Shown piece by piece: positions 39,501 to 52,161 of a stretch of 64,000 bases of DNA. Both the position numbers and the translations under genes were made by a program. The number at the start of each line of letters is the position of its first letter. The stretch's first letter is position 1. The notes under the pieces were generated by a model, which saw only the letters and a program-made list of their open reading frames with translations, did no database searches and had not been told where the DNA came from. The DNA is from Marsupella aquatica. Lineage: Eukaryota > Plantae > Marchantiophyta. The DNA is taken from positions 30,807,802 through 30,871,801 of the forward strand of contig OZ316892.1 of assembly GCA_973895155.1 (NCBI GenBank), in the 5' to 3' direction.

Positions 39501-40507
39501 AACAATCATAAGCATGATAGAGTTGAGACAAATAAATCTGCAGACGAGTGGGTCTACCTGCCTTCATGGTCCTCACCTGATCCTTCATCACATTGAAAAT
39601 TAGTAGGGCCCAATTCACCTGGACAGATCCACTGTGTGCGGCTACAATTGTATTCACCAAAGCCACTGGACAGATGGTTGGCTTCTTCGGGTGTAGAATG
39701 GGTACTAGAAATTCCAGAAGCACTCTCAAATCTGGATAAATACACTGTGTTAAATTCCAGCCATTGGTGAGATTGCGAGTCCCAGAGAAGTAAGGTGTAG
39801 ATAAATCTTTCTTCTTCGAATACAATCCTTCTCCTTCTGAAGGGCAGCGGAAGGCATAAGCAATTTGTTCCACAGTCCATAAGCTGGGTCGAGCTCGAAT
39901 AGTCTGTCGAAATTCAGGAGCAAGCACTGACCCCTTTACAAAATCCTGCAAATATGTGTCGAGCTCTACTTCCCAAGGAACGGCAAGTAGATGCTGCAAA
40001 CCTAGCTGCTGTAAGGAAGTCCGTAAATTTGCATAGCTATCGGGCGCTGGCGGAATTTGGGCGACTATGCTCTTAGGAATTGCCAGAGTGTCAACTCGGT
40101 ACTGTTCATCAATGCCGAGGTTTGCCATAGCTCTCATCCGATATGTTGAGTGCACTAAGGAGTGGGGAAGCTGGTAGAATCAACAGAGGTGGCAGGAATT
40201 AAGTTAGGAGTGAGCGCCCGAAGTCTAATTTGCCTTTTCTTCAATTCGCGTTCGCCATCCCGTTGCTAAGTCCCGTTGGAAGTAGCCGTAAGACGTCGCG
40301 ATCATCGGTCGCCAACTCGTAAAGCCCTAACTAGTAAGTCGTAACTAGTATACTCGTAACTAGTATACTATCGCAACCCCGTAACTCATAACTTGTAACT
40401 CGTAACTAGTAACTCGTAACTAGTAACTGGAGTTTACTCGTAAACTTACTTTAAACTTGGGAACCGTAACTTGTAGACAGAATGCTATCTCCGTTCTGTT
40501 ATCAACA
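36503..40507 (-). mobile_element. Gypsy family C LTR/accessory region upstream of the tRNA-Asp PBS; distal boundary uncertain
   Basis: CA end next to the PBS; minus-strand TATA-like ctataagacccc near 37295; actcgtaactagt repeats at 37420-37520 and 40315-40470; shares blocks with 54297-55330. Confidence 0.6.
37723..40155 (-). CDS. Retroelement accessory ORF (plant-transposon/env-like domain), one in-frame stop at about 39154
   Basis: ORFs 39154..40155 and 37723..39141 are in the same frame. The N-terminal domain aligns by eye with 56153..57289. Confidence 0.65.
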
Positions 40508-41173
40508 ATTAGAGGTTAAACCCCATAAAAAATTTAAAAATTTTCAGTTTCTTCATGATTTTGGAAATACCCACTACTTACAGACCCTTCCGCAATTTTC
40601 TTAAGAATGTCAATGCATTCCTCAGGAATATCACCCTCCTCCGCCGTTCCCTGATTAGATCTACTGGGTAGCAGCGCTCTAGTGTGCAGCCAACTCCAGC
40701 ACCAAGAGGACGGTCCATTCCACAAAAACCATCCCCCATAGGGATCGCCCCCCGACTCCAACTGGGAGAGGTCGTCGATGGGCAACCGGAGCACCCCAAA
40801 AGTCTGTAGGACGAAAAGTTCCGGCTTGCTCACATTCTTCCGCAGCTTCCAAATTCCTTTGTATTGCTTCTTGTCTTTCGTCCCACTGTTCAATCTCAAC
40901 ATCAATTACATCCCTCTCAACAAGGGGCGCGTTCACATCCAAGGAAATCCAGCCAAGAGGAAGAGTCAGATAAGACGATTCTCTAGCACAGGTGGGCTCG
41001 TAAGCACATACGTCCTGACGGGAGAAGATCCTACGGCCTCCACCCCCATCCAGGTATTGTCCACCGGGGTCCGCTAGTCATCTCGTTGCAGATCGAGAAT
41101 GATTCATTGCTCCACGTCCACCAGCAATCCTGCCAGGGCCCCATTCCCTATTTGGAAGCGCCTCGCGCATACG

Positions 41174-44100
41174 TGTGATGCCTAGCCAGGAATCACTCGG
41201 CCAGTTAAGTGGGTAAAGCAGGAATGCACCCTAGAAACACCTTAGTATAGGGACAAAACAAGGAAAATATAAACAATTAGGGGCGACTATGGAACCTGGG
41301 CCGAGGCCGGAGGTAAGGATGCTGGGGGTGAAAACTCGATTAGGGTTAGGGCGCGCTAAGCGTCGGCGGCTAGGAAGGATCAACGGGAGGAAGGACCGGA
41401 AGAGGAGAGGGGTAAGGGCAGATGCGAGGAGTTGTGGCTCATTTGCAAGCACGAACTGGGCAGACAACTACGGGCGGCCAACTACTGTCAGCTGCTTCAG
41501 CAAGCACTCAGGGGGGGAGCAGATACCAACTATCAACTCGATAAGGGTATGAGCAACGTCAATCAAGCGGCACATTTTTGGGGATGCCTGTTCGAACGGG
41601 CAACTGAGTACATCAAGACTTACGAGGACGAAGAATCAGAAAGGGCAGCTCGAGAACGACAGGAGCTCGCTCGATTGTGGGAGCTGCAGAAAGCGGCTTT
41701 CTTAGGAGGTGAACTCATCAAGGCCGAGTTCTTGTGGACTCCTACTTCCAATCAGCTCGACGATCTTCTATTTTGCAAAAACAGAGTCGTCGGCATCCGC
41801 GAAGCCATCAAACGCTGCAACGACATACACTGGGAGTTGAAGGGTAGCACGGAGGGGTGGACAAAGGCAACCGTGCTCGGAGAGACGTCCACGGCAGCCA
41901 AGATGAAGAGGAAGGGAATTAACAATGACGAGGCCACCCTGGCAAAAAGAACAAGGTCGGCGGCACCAAAGAAACCAGCCGAACAGCAGAGCAGGAGGCA
42001 GAGCGAAGCCGAGGAGGAGGAGGTCGACCCCATCAACGCCATTCCAACAAAAGATGACACCTAGAAAGGCTGGGCGGCGATCCTCCCCGAGGAGGTCCAA
42101 TTACACTTTGCAAGAGAGGAGGATGCATGCTTTACGGCTATGCAGACTCGGAAATATCAGGGCTTCATGGCCGAATCCGGCTTGGAAGCCTTTGTAAGGT
42201 TACCGTGGCTGAAGCCGGAGGTGCCGAATTCAGACTTACTTGAATTCGTGGGATCATGGGAGTTCGAGACCAATTCCACAAGGGTGTATGGGAAGGAATT
42301 CTATCTCACTCCCCAGGTCGAAGTATTTGGCTTGCCAATGGGCAATAGACCAAGGTAGATACCAGGAAAACCTTTGCCCCGGTACTTCCCCTACAGGCAA
42401 GGGCACCAGTTCCGGAACAGAGGCAGGCAACGGAGAAACCCAAACCGCCCGACAGTCCTACAATCGACCAGGTGTTTAGGCCAAGGACGGAGGACTTGCC
42501 GATGCAGCAACCAGGCATGCAGAGTCTGCTGAAACTGCTAGAGAAAGAAAAGAGATCGGCATCGGCAAAGACAACGGCAGCGGCAACAATGCACGACACT
42601 ATTCCAGAGGTAGGCCTAAACCGGCTTACAAGGGAGAACTCCTTTATTGGAGTCAAGGAGAGACGGAGGCCGGAACACAAGCCGGGAGTCCGGATGTATG
42701 TAGGAGCCTCTAGTCCCGAAGCCGAGGAAAAGCAGGCCGTAACTCCCGGCCACGACAAGGAGAACAGGAGATCAACACGGAGGCCGGAGGAGGAACCAAG
42801 ACCGGCAGGAGGTGAAGCCGTGTTCACGCCAAAACCAGGAGACAAGCGGGAGAAGCTGGTAGTCCAAGCCGAGGAGGAGGCGGTGGAGGACTACAGCAAT
42901 GATAACTCCGGCTATGGGTCGGATCATCATGTTCCAAGAGTAAGGACCTGTGGTCGCTTCATCCCCACGCTCCCAAGAGTAGTCCGAGGAGACCCGAGCC
43001 AGCAGAGCAACCCCGAGTCTCCCCCGCCAGATGTCGCTCCCCCAAGCTTTGATGGCATAAAACAGACGGCGCAGGAATTTCAGGAGCGAATCAGGGAGGA
43101 AGAGGAGGCAGCCCTGGCTAGAGAGAAGGATTTACCGGGAGGGGAATGGCCAGAGAACATCAGGCGGCTTGCAGAAAAATGAGGCAGTCCGCCAGCCACA
43201 ATAGAAGAGATCCGCAAGGCGGCTTGGGAACAAAGGCCGCGGTGGATGATGCCGATCACTTCTACTTACTCCACCTACGCTAAGAATAGAGCCATGGAGT
43301 ATGGTGAGATGTGTGGGGAACTTGCGCTCGGCATCTTTGGGGAGGAGTTGGAGGTAGGACCCTTTTTCCATAGGGAGCAGTTGGAGAAGCACCAATTAGA
43401 TGAAGCGGTGGCTTTAGAGAGAAGCAAGAAGGACGAGGTCATCCGTCGGGTTAGGGAAAGGGAAGCTGAAATCAAGGACCTGAGGGCGGCCAAGAAAGCC
43501 CAAGATGAACTGCGGATTAAGCGGCGTGAGCTGAACATCATGCAGGGGCAGTTGGACACAGCGCAGGCTGATAGTCAGATTATCAAGGATAAACTGACTC
43601 AGACCCAGGGAGAATTGGCCGATGCGATCAAAGAGAGGGAGAAGTGGAAGCGAGAGCTGAGGAATGCAGAGGAGGCCCACATAACAGCCAACAACCGGGC
43701 CATGGCGGAGACCCAAAGAAAGGAATGGGCGTTGAAGGGGGAGCTCAAGAAAAGCCACGGAGCCCTGGAGCAGAAGGAGGCCGAGTTAGGGAAATCCTAT
43801 CAAGGGATTATTGCGCTACAGCAGGAGCTTGCGTCCCTGACGGCCAGCTTCAAGGCCGACCTAAGGGAGAAGGACGATATGCTCGACCAGACTTATGCCA
43901 AGATGAATAAAATGGAGTCTGAGATCGTGACAGAGCTCGACAAAGAGCTAAGAGCAACCCAGGAGGAGAGGGCTACCTTGAAGAAGGAATTGGAGGAAGC
44001 CCACAGGGAGCAGGAGGAAGCCCAGAAAGAGCTAGAGGAGGCGCGCAAGGACTTGGACGAAGTGCAGGAGGAGTTGGAGGAAAGCACGCGGAAGCTGGAG

Positions 44101-45529
44101 AACTTACAACGGTGAGCCGACAACCAAACGGAGCGGCTGAAGAGACAAGCCGCAGTATTTAAGTGCTTGTCTTCATCAGGCCCAACTCCAATTGGGGCAA
44201 CCAAGTTACCCGGAGTGGTACTGGCTGAAGAACAAGCCGCGCCACCTGCACCAGTGCCGGAAGTAAGTGGGAAGGGGAAGGGACCAGCTGCCGAGCCAGA
44301 AACAAAGAGTAAGCGGAAACCTTCAGGGTCAAGGAGTAATACGACTCCACAGGCCGAGGTGACCGAGGAGGTAGACCCGGCAACGACCCCAGACAGGATC
44401 ACGGCAGAGGATCCAACTACCCTAGAGGAAGGGGAGGCCAAAGCCGTGGGGGATGCCGAGGCCGGTGTCAAGGCCGAAGCCGAAGGTGGACCCAGTCAGG
44501 CCGATGGAGAGTTGACTCGGTCAAGGGCAGGTAATCTGTCAGTAGACGGGCCAACGGCAGTGGCTGAGGAGGAAGCGTTGGGGGCGTCCACTGAGGGACC
44601 GACACCGCTGCCATGACGGTGGTGGAGGGCCGCTCCTTTCAAGGAGGGCGGACGTGGAGGGAGGAGGCATGAGTGGGCAGGGCGGGCTCAGATCTCTAAG
44701 TTTAGGATTAGGATCAGGACCAGGAAGCGGCCCTGACACTTAGCTTAGTGGGATTGCGGTTCCACTGTAAGAGCAACACTTGTACTCCTGCCTCGCTGTA
44801 CATAGGTAGATTCAGTTAGGTAGATTCAGTTAGGTAGATTTTGCTTACGTTGCAAAGAATTAGGGGGATCCACTACCAGGATAAGTACCTGGGCTGCGGG
44901 GAGCTCAGGGCCTCTTTTTTAGCAAGTTTTTAGTTTGCACCAGCCGGGCTGGGATCAAGTAGTAAGAGACGCTCTCGGTTAGTCATACAGTGACCTTGTG
45001 TATATTCATGTTTCCTCATGCCTAAGAGCTGAATAGAGTTGGCCTCACGGCTTAGTTCGCAGAGCTTGTGTATGAGATGTACTGTTTGTATGGCAAGTGC
45101 ATGGTATGACTCAGTCAGAAGGAGTCATTTTACTATTTGTGTGTCGCATTAACTTGTGTGAAGAGTGCCCACATCAACTAATAGGAGAAGGAAAGTAAGC
45201 AAGGGAGTGAGAGTTGGATGTGTCGAGCTGAGAGAGATCTTAGCGGCTTAACCAAGCCTATTGGGGATCATTCCGGCGGCGGAATCCAAATATACCTAAC
45301 TAGAAGGAGAGGAAGACAAGGGGAGGCCTAGAGTAGGCAGGCTACATATCTCATGACCCGATGAAGGATCTGTCCAGTATATGTGTGTAAAATGTTAATA
45401 GTAGTAGTAGGAGGTTAGCAGCGTCCCATGCCGCTAAGCCGCAAAAACGGCCTCGCCAAGCGTGAAACCTGCGGGAATCGGCTTGTGTTGGGGGTTTCTT
45501 GGGTTTAGGGAGCCATGGGACGCACCACA
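41174..45529 (+). mobile_element. Family A solo LTR, 4356 bp, ATACG TSD, internal deletion near 42370
   Basis: atacg at 41169-41173 and 45530-45534; family termini present; ORF remnants 41289..44616. Confidence 0.93.
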
Positions 45530-45534
45530 ATACG

Positions 45535-46613
45535 CCCGGCCCCGCGGTTCCCTTCACTGTGGTGTTCCATAATCTTTCTAATCCCAAAACAAGGCACACT
45601 CCAACTAATAGATTTGTACTAACAAAAAGCAGAGGAAAGGTGATACCTCGTACCAACACCCCGCCCAGGGTCAGCAACGCCGCTGTTGATCAGCCAACAC
45701 TAACATACCAAGTGTAAAGCACAGCAGTGGGCCCTAACCTCCCAGACGATCCTTACTTTCAGATCCACCAACTGCCATTTGCTTGCTGCCAGCCGCACCG
45801 AGCCCACCACCGGTTGAATGAAGTGCCAGAATATATAACTTCTCAGTATTTAACACCGTGATAGAAGCGCCAAGATTAGATAGGACCAAACCTCCCACAA
45901 CTTTGTAGATTCCAGCGCAGACCTCCACCACCCTAGAGCAGTCAACTCCAAGTAAGCCCCGCGGCTAAAAGAGAACTTTCACCACCCAACAACCAACCTT
46001 TTCCTCCACCTTCAATAATCTTGCTGATCCTGCTTATGTCGTGCTTCTTCAATCAGATCAACACTAATCAACCGATCAAGCTCCGGGCCTCGGGTTGGGC
46101 TTGCCTCTCCTGAGCCGAGAATACCCATCTGGACAGGGTAAGTTTGGGCTTGTTGCACCGAGGGAAGGGTTCGGCGATCAAAACGGGCGTACCACTCTAT
46201 AATAATCTCAATGTGGCTTGCCAGGTACGCCTTTCCCCCGAGGTACAAGGTCTTCCTTCGTTGTTCCATCTCCTCGTGGAACTTCTTGACGAAGAAAGAA
46301 GTCCACTTCCTAGGCCGGTAGTTCTCGACCTGATCGAATCACCTAGGCAGTGGATATCTCTCCCCGTGGCTCCATCATGTGGAGCGTGTACCGCTGAAAC
46401 TCAAGCCGCTCTGCCACCTCTGGGATCATACAAGTACGCATTAGGAAGCTGTTGTCCACGGACCCCTTGGGGGAATGGTATTTGGCTCCCTTGCCCCCTG
46501 TCGCTTGCAACTCCACCCGATCCTTCCCTTTGGATAAGCCAAAGATGAGTTGTAACCGTGCCTTGTTCAAGGACATCACTCATCCATGCACACGGGTTAA
46601 CTAACGGGCCTTG
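45535..46613 (-). pseudogene. Highly decayed coding sequence, possibly LINE ORF1 5' part (continues at about 40620-41168 across the solo LTR)
   Basis: Broken minus-strand frames in the same orientation as the LINE. No firm motif found. Confidence 0.3.
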
Positions 46614-48560
46614 TGTGGTGCGTCCCATGGCTCTCCAAACCCAAGAAACCCCCCCCGCACAAGCCGATTCCCGCAGGTTTCATGCTTGGCGAGGCCGTTT
46701 CCGCGGCTTAGCGGCATGGGACGCTGCTAACCTCCTTCTACTACTACTATTAACATTTTACACACATATACTGGACAGATCCTTCATCGGGTCATGAGAT
46801 ACGCAGTCGGCCTAATCTAGGCCTTCTCTTGTCTTTCCCTCCTGTTGGTTAGGTATATTTGGATTCCGCCGCCGGAATGATCCCCAATTGGTTTGGTTAA
46901 GCCGCTAAGACCTCTCTCAGCTCGACACATCCAACTCTCACTCCCTTGCTTACTTCCCTTCTACTTGTTGATGTGGGCACTCTTCACACAAGTTAATGCG
47001 ACACACAAATAGCAAAATGACTCCTTTTGACTGAGTTATACCATGCACTTGCAATACAAACAGTACATCTCATACACAAGCTCTACGAACTAAGCCGTGA
47101 GGCCAACTCTATTCAGTTCTTAGGTATGAGGAAACATGAATATACACAAGGGTCACTGTATAACTAACCGAGAGCTTCTCTTACTACTTGATCCCAGCCC
47201 TGCTGGTGCAACTAAAAACTTGCTAAAGAAGAGGCCCTGAACTCCCCGCAGCCCAAGTACTTATCCTGGTTGTGGATCCGCCTGATTCCTTGCAGCGTAA
47301 GCCTAATCTACCTACTGTAATCTACCTAACTGTAATCTACCTATGTACAGCGAGGCAGGAGCACAAGTGTCGTCCTCACCCGTGAATCCAAAATCCCACT
47401 AATCTAAGTGTCAGGGCCGTCTCCTGGTCCTGATCCTAAGTCTAAACTTGGAGATCAGCACCCGCCCTGCCCACTCACGCCTCCTACCTCCACATCCGCC
47501 CTCCCTAAAAGGGACGGCGCCCTTACACCGTCACGACATCGGTGGCTGGTCCTCAATGGACGCCTCCAATGCTTCCTCCGCAGCCACTGCCGTTGGTCCA
47601 TCCTCTGACAAATTACCTGCCCCTGACCAAGTCAACTCTTCATTGGCCTGACTGGGTCCACCCTCGGCTTTGGCCTCAGCATCGGTCATGGCCTCTGATA
47701 CGGCTATAGCCTCCCCGACATATTCTAGTGAAGGATCCGGTACCTCGGCAGCATTACTGGTTCTCCCGGCCTTGGCCTTGCCATCTCCACTTCCTAGGAC
47801 TGGTGGATCCACCGCCGTGCCGATGCCGGAGGTTGGTGCCGGGTTTATCTTCTCGATCACAATGGCTTGAGAAGCCGTATAACTCCCAGACCTAGAAGGT
47901 TTCCGCTTCTTCTTCTTCCCTATTTCGACAGCCGGTTCCTTCCCCTTGCCACTTACCTCCGGCACCGGGGTGAGTGTTTCGGCTTGTCCTTCGGCCAATA
48001 CTACCCCTGGTAACTGGGTTCCTCCAATTGGAGTTGGACCTGATGAAGCCAAGCATTTAAATACTACGGCTTGTGTCTTCAACCGCTCCGTTTGGTTGTC
48101 GGCCCGCCGCTGTAGGTTCTCCATCTTCCTCGTGATTTCCTCCAACTCCTCCTGGGTCTCGTCCAGGTCCTTGCGCGCCTCCTTCAACTCCTTATTGGCT
48201 TCCTCCAATTCTTTCTTTAAGGTAGCCCTCTCCTCCTGGGTTGCTCTTAGCTCCTTGTCGAGCTCTGCTACGACTACAGACTCCATCTTATTCATCTTGG
48301 CATAAGTCTGGTCGAGCTGGTCGTCCTTTTCACGCAGGTCGGCCTTGAAGCTGGCCATTAGGGATGCAAGCTCCTGCTGCAGCGCAATAATCCCTTGATA
48401 GGATTTCCCTAACTCTGCTTCCTTCTGCTCAAGGGCTTCGCGGATATCTTCGAGCTCTCCTTTCAACGCCCTCTCCCTTCTCTGGTTCTCTGCCATGGCC
48501 CGATTGTTGGTTGCTAAGTGGGCCTCCTCTGCATCCCTTAGCTCCCGCTTCCATTTCTCT
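46614..48560 (-). mobile_element. Family A LTR, 3' part, cut at 48560 by a DNA transposon
   Basis: tgtggtgcgtcccatggctc terminus at 46614. ORF homology (EKWKRELRDAEE) stops abruptly at 48560. Confidence 0.88.
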
Positions 48561-49035
48561 GGGTATAACCACCGTGCTAGCAAATAGTAAATAGATATTC
48601 TCATACGAGCCAATTTTGCCTCGTACAAGCAAAATTTTGTCTCGTACGAGTAAACAAGTTCCTCGTATGAGCATATCTATTTACTCGTACGAGTTTTTGT
48701 TTTCTTGTATGAGTTTCTGTTTTCTTGTATGAGTATTTTTTTCTTGTATGCATTTTAGTTTCTTCTCTTCACAGTATGTAGCGTCCATATATGCAATAAT
48801 GGTGCGGAAAATATTATGGTGGGTCCCACCATTGTACAACATCAAAGGAAATTTCTTGATGATTTCACACAAGGACTCCAATATATTGCCACGAAATATG
48901 AAGTCGAAACAAAGTCATACTAGCGCCTGGCGCTAGTATTGTATTATACAAAAAAACAACACTTTAAGAACTCACACTTCTGCCCGTTAGAAAAGACAAA
49001 CTACAATTGTAGTTGTTCAACGATAAAGCAACAGT

Positions 49036-52000
49036 CTACGTTCTCGTTCCCAACTGCCTATCAAGTATGTAACGGACTTCTCCCAACGTTAGAATTGGCT
49101 GGCTACATAATGTCGAATCGAGCACATCCAGTTTGAACACATTCTTGAACACCCAATACACATGTTTGCAAGGCATGTAAGGCTTCCGATAAGTATGCCG
49201 ACGGTAGAAATCCTCGCAGGAGCAACATGGGAAACAACATATCTGAACCCAACAAGAGGCGACTGATCTCTCATGTTCATGGGTCCGGATACAAAACTGT
49301 TTCCCCGACGCATTCCCACTCGTGATCTCTCTCTCCAATGACGCTCATCACTTCTTTTTCAGAGGCTTCAATTCTCTTCAAATGGGTTTGGGTAAGATGC
49401 ACTCTTTGCAAGCATTTATTCCCGTTCCTTGAAGCGCACCTCACAGATGGGTCAGTTAGGTTGATCCTCTCCGGGAAAAGATTGACATCAATCCGTAACG
49501 CAAAAGGCAACGGTGCTTTGATTTCATCTCCACGGCCTTCGGAGAGAATAAGTCCTTGTTCTTTCAAAAATTGAATCTCTGCTCCAGAAAGATTGGTCCC
49601 TATGGCAATTGGGAGATGTGAAGGAACATTGGGAATGTTTGAGACTCCTCTCCTTGTTGTGCTTCGGTGACAGTGGTTGTTGGGGCAAAACCATATCTGA
49701 TCGTTATAAGGTTGCCCCCTGAACATTCTGCATCCTCTCACGGAAATTGCAACAACACCATCTGGATTTGGAAGGCCAACCTTCTTTACTCGATTTCGAC
49801 ATTCATCACGACTACCTCCCCGTCCAAGTGTTCCGTTACACACTGGACCCGCACCCCGTTTTGAGGTCCGACGCAATTGCCAGGCACTGGGAGGTACTTC
49901 ACTTTCCATTGGGGAAACTAAATGACAATATGCAGTCTCAACAGGTCTTGCAGGCGTCATTGGTGGGATAGAGGATCTTGTTGCTCAACGCGTAGGTGTG
50001 TCAATGACCACAACTTCCTCAGAAGCATCGCTTTCTGACAAATTATGGACCGCTGCATCAATTCCACCGGCTGAAGGCATAGAAGGCATTTTCTCAAAAT
50101 CAGTGGAATGCAGGTTTCTCCTTTTCAAACCTTTTGTATTTGGTGAAGTAACAAGGATGGTATCATGCCTATGCAAGTCTTCTGCCGAGACGTTCCCAGT
50201 TGCATGTCCTTTTTGTTTCACCGATCGAGTTACAACATCACCATTCAATGGAACGCTTCTTTCCAAATCAAACTCAACAGCGTTTGACAGGAGGAGATTG
50301 GTGGCTTCCTCAAAGAGACGCGGTGACCCTACCAGGTCCGCCGATCTGAAGGCAAGCTCAAAAATAGTTGGGCCAGTTCCTTTGCTCAATCCCCTTTTGT
50401 ATGCAGTATAAGCAGCAATTTGAGCAACCGCTCTATTTTGGTCCGTTTTGCATCCTTCAAACAGACCAACCTTTTTTTTCTGTTGCCATGCTTTCATTCC
50501 AGCATGCCTAGATTCCGAATCAGTACAATTAGGAATCATCCCAGCCTCTTCGGCACTCTTGCTCTGAAACATTGCACGCAAGGGTTTAGTACATGCAAGA
50601 AATTGCACACAAAAGTGGCAACACAATGGAAATAACAGTAGCGCCAGACGCTAATAAATTGATGATGATATTTCCATGTAAAGAACAGTTTAACACAGAA
50701 TAAAGGTAGTCCTTACATCACTCATAGTCCAAACGGATTATTAGCGCTCGGCGCTACTATTGCGGATAAGGAACTCTTCTATCTCACACATGCTTCACTA
50801 GCGCCGAGCGCTATTAATGGGAACATGCATCCTAGAGCAGTGTATAACTCACCAGTCTTATGAAGTTCCCCCATTGTCTCCATCGGACAACCCACCAAGA
50901 CAGCCACCCTTGCAGCATCCGAAGTTTGCCTGAGTGACAATTGCCAGACCTCCACCAGTCATCGATTTCCCTCGAGATTCGATATGCTTTCAAGAAAGTT
51001 GGCGCGTTCCGAAGACAATCCCACATCTCCTTGTGCTCTCCGTGCTTTCCATCTTTTACACCTTCTCGAGAATGACGATGAAAAGATTGGAAAAAATGAA
51101 AGGCATCTGATCTTTCTCGCTCTGGGTCGGGTACACCGTCAAAGAACATGTTTCAAACAACATTCCAACCAGCCTGAGCTTGTCCGCCATGAATCCCCAA
51201 ATTGTAACATCCTGTAAACCATTTTCATCGACAACCTCTAACATCAAACGCCAGGCTCTCTCCAGAGATTTTGCATCTTCGGCCTTTAGCTCACAAGTGA
51301 ATATGGTGCAAAGTGCCCGGTAATGATGATCATATACATGGGCACTGAAAGTAAGCCAATCTGCCGTGCTTCGATGCATCACATCAAAACTTACCCATGA
51401 ACCCTCTAACGACCCACCAGGTTTCATTCTTTGGAGCAGGTCCAGACCACTCCCATCACCTTTTACGGTCATTTTAAAGATATGAGCACTCTCGTCCCGA
51501 CAGCCTTGACCAGGGAGCAAGAACCTATGAAGAAAAGGCAGTCGGATACACTTTTGCATCCTCACAAGAAATTCTAGTTCCCCTTTCCCCTTCTGATCTT
51601 GACGGACACTCCTTAACACGGATGCAAACTTCTGAAGAGATGCGACGACCATCAGGGACTCCCAGATTTCCTTCTCTTCTTCAAGAGAGATTTCTTCAAC
51701 AGAGGCCTCACAAAATGTATTCGTCACTGTCTCAGTCACAGAGTTTTTAATCCCTGCTGAGGATGCCATGGGGTTTGCGGTGAATCCCTTCTCCAGATGA
51801 GACCTTGCAACCTTTTTTGCCTCCCTCGAAAAGACCCATCGACTGGGATGATTGTGAAATCCCATATGAATAGCTAGTCGTGACATGTGGGCCAAAGACT
51901 TAACGTCAACTTTCGCAGATGGATACATGTAGAACATTAGAGCAGGGCAGGCCTCAACGCACATCGGAGGTTTGGAGCAATGGTGACAAACAACTCCACC

Positions 52001-52160
52001 TTTGGAGATCAATTCCCCAACTCGGAATGTGCCCAAAAGTTTTGGGGTTCTTGCCCACATCTCATTATTTCAAAACTTGTTGTCTTTCCACCACGGACAA
52101 GCATTATTTTGACACTGCAGCGATCCCGTACACTGGACTTTCCTGAAATCCCACATTTTC
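49036..52160 (-). pseudogene. MULE-type DDE transposase with N-terminal GCM/WRKY-like zinc finger and C-terminal SWIM; intron 50564-50852; frameshifted, 5' truncated
   Basis: CTGSLQCQNNACP..CHHC..CPA..HMGFHNHP; WVSFDVMH; GFMAD; DAFHFFQS; DSESRH; CSCEDF..PCKHVYWV. A GTGAGT...TACTAAAC...TTTCAG intron keeps the frame (RL|SKS). Confidence 0.8.
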
Positions 52161-52161
52161 T

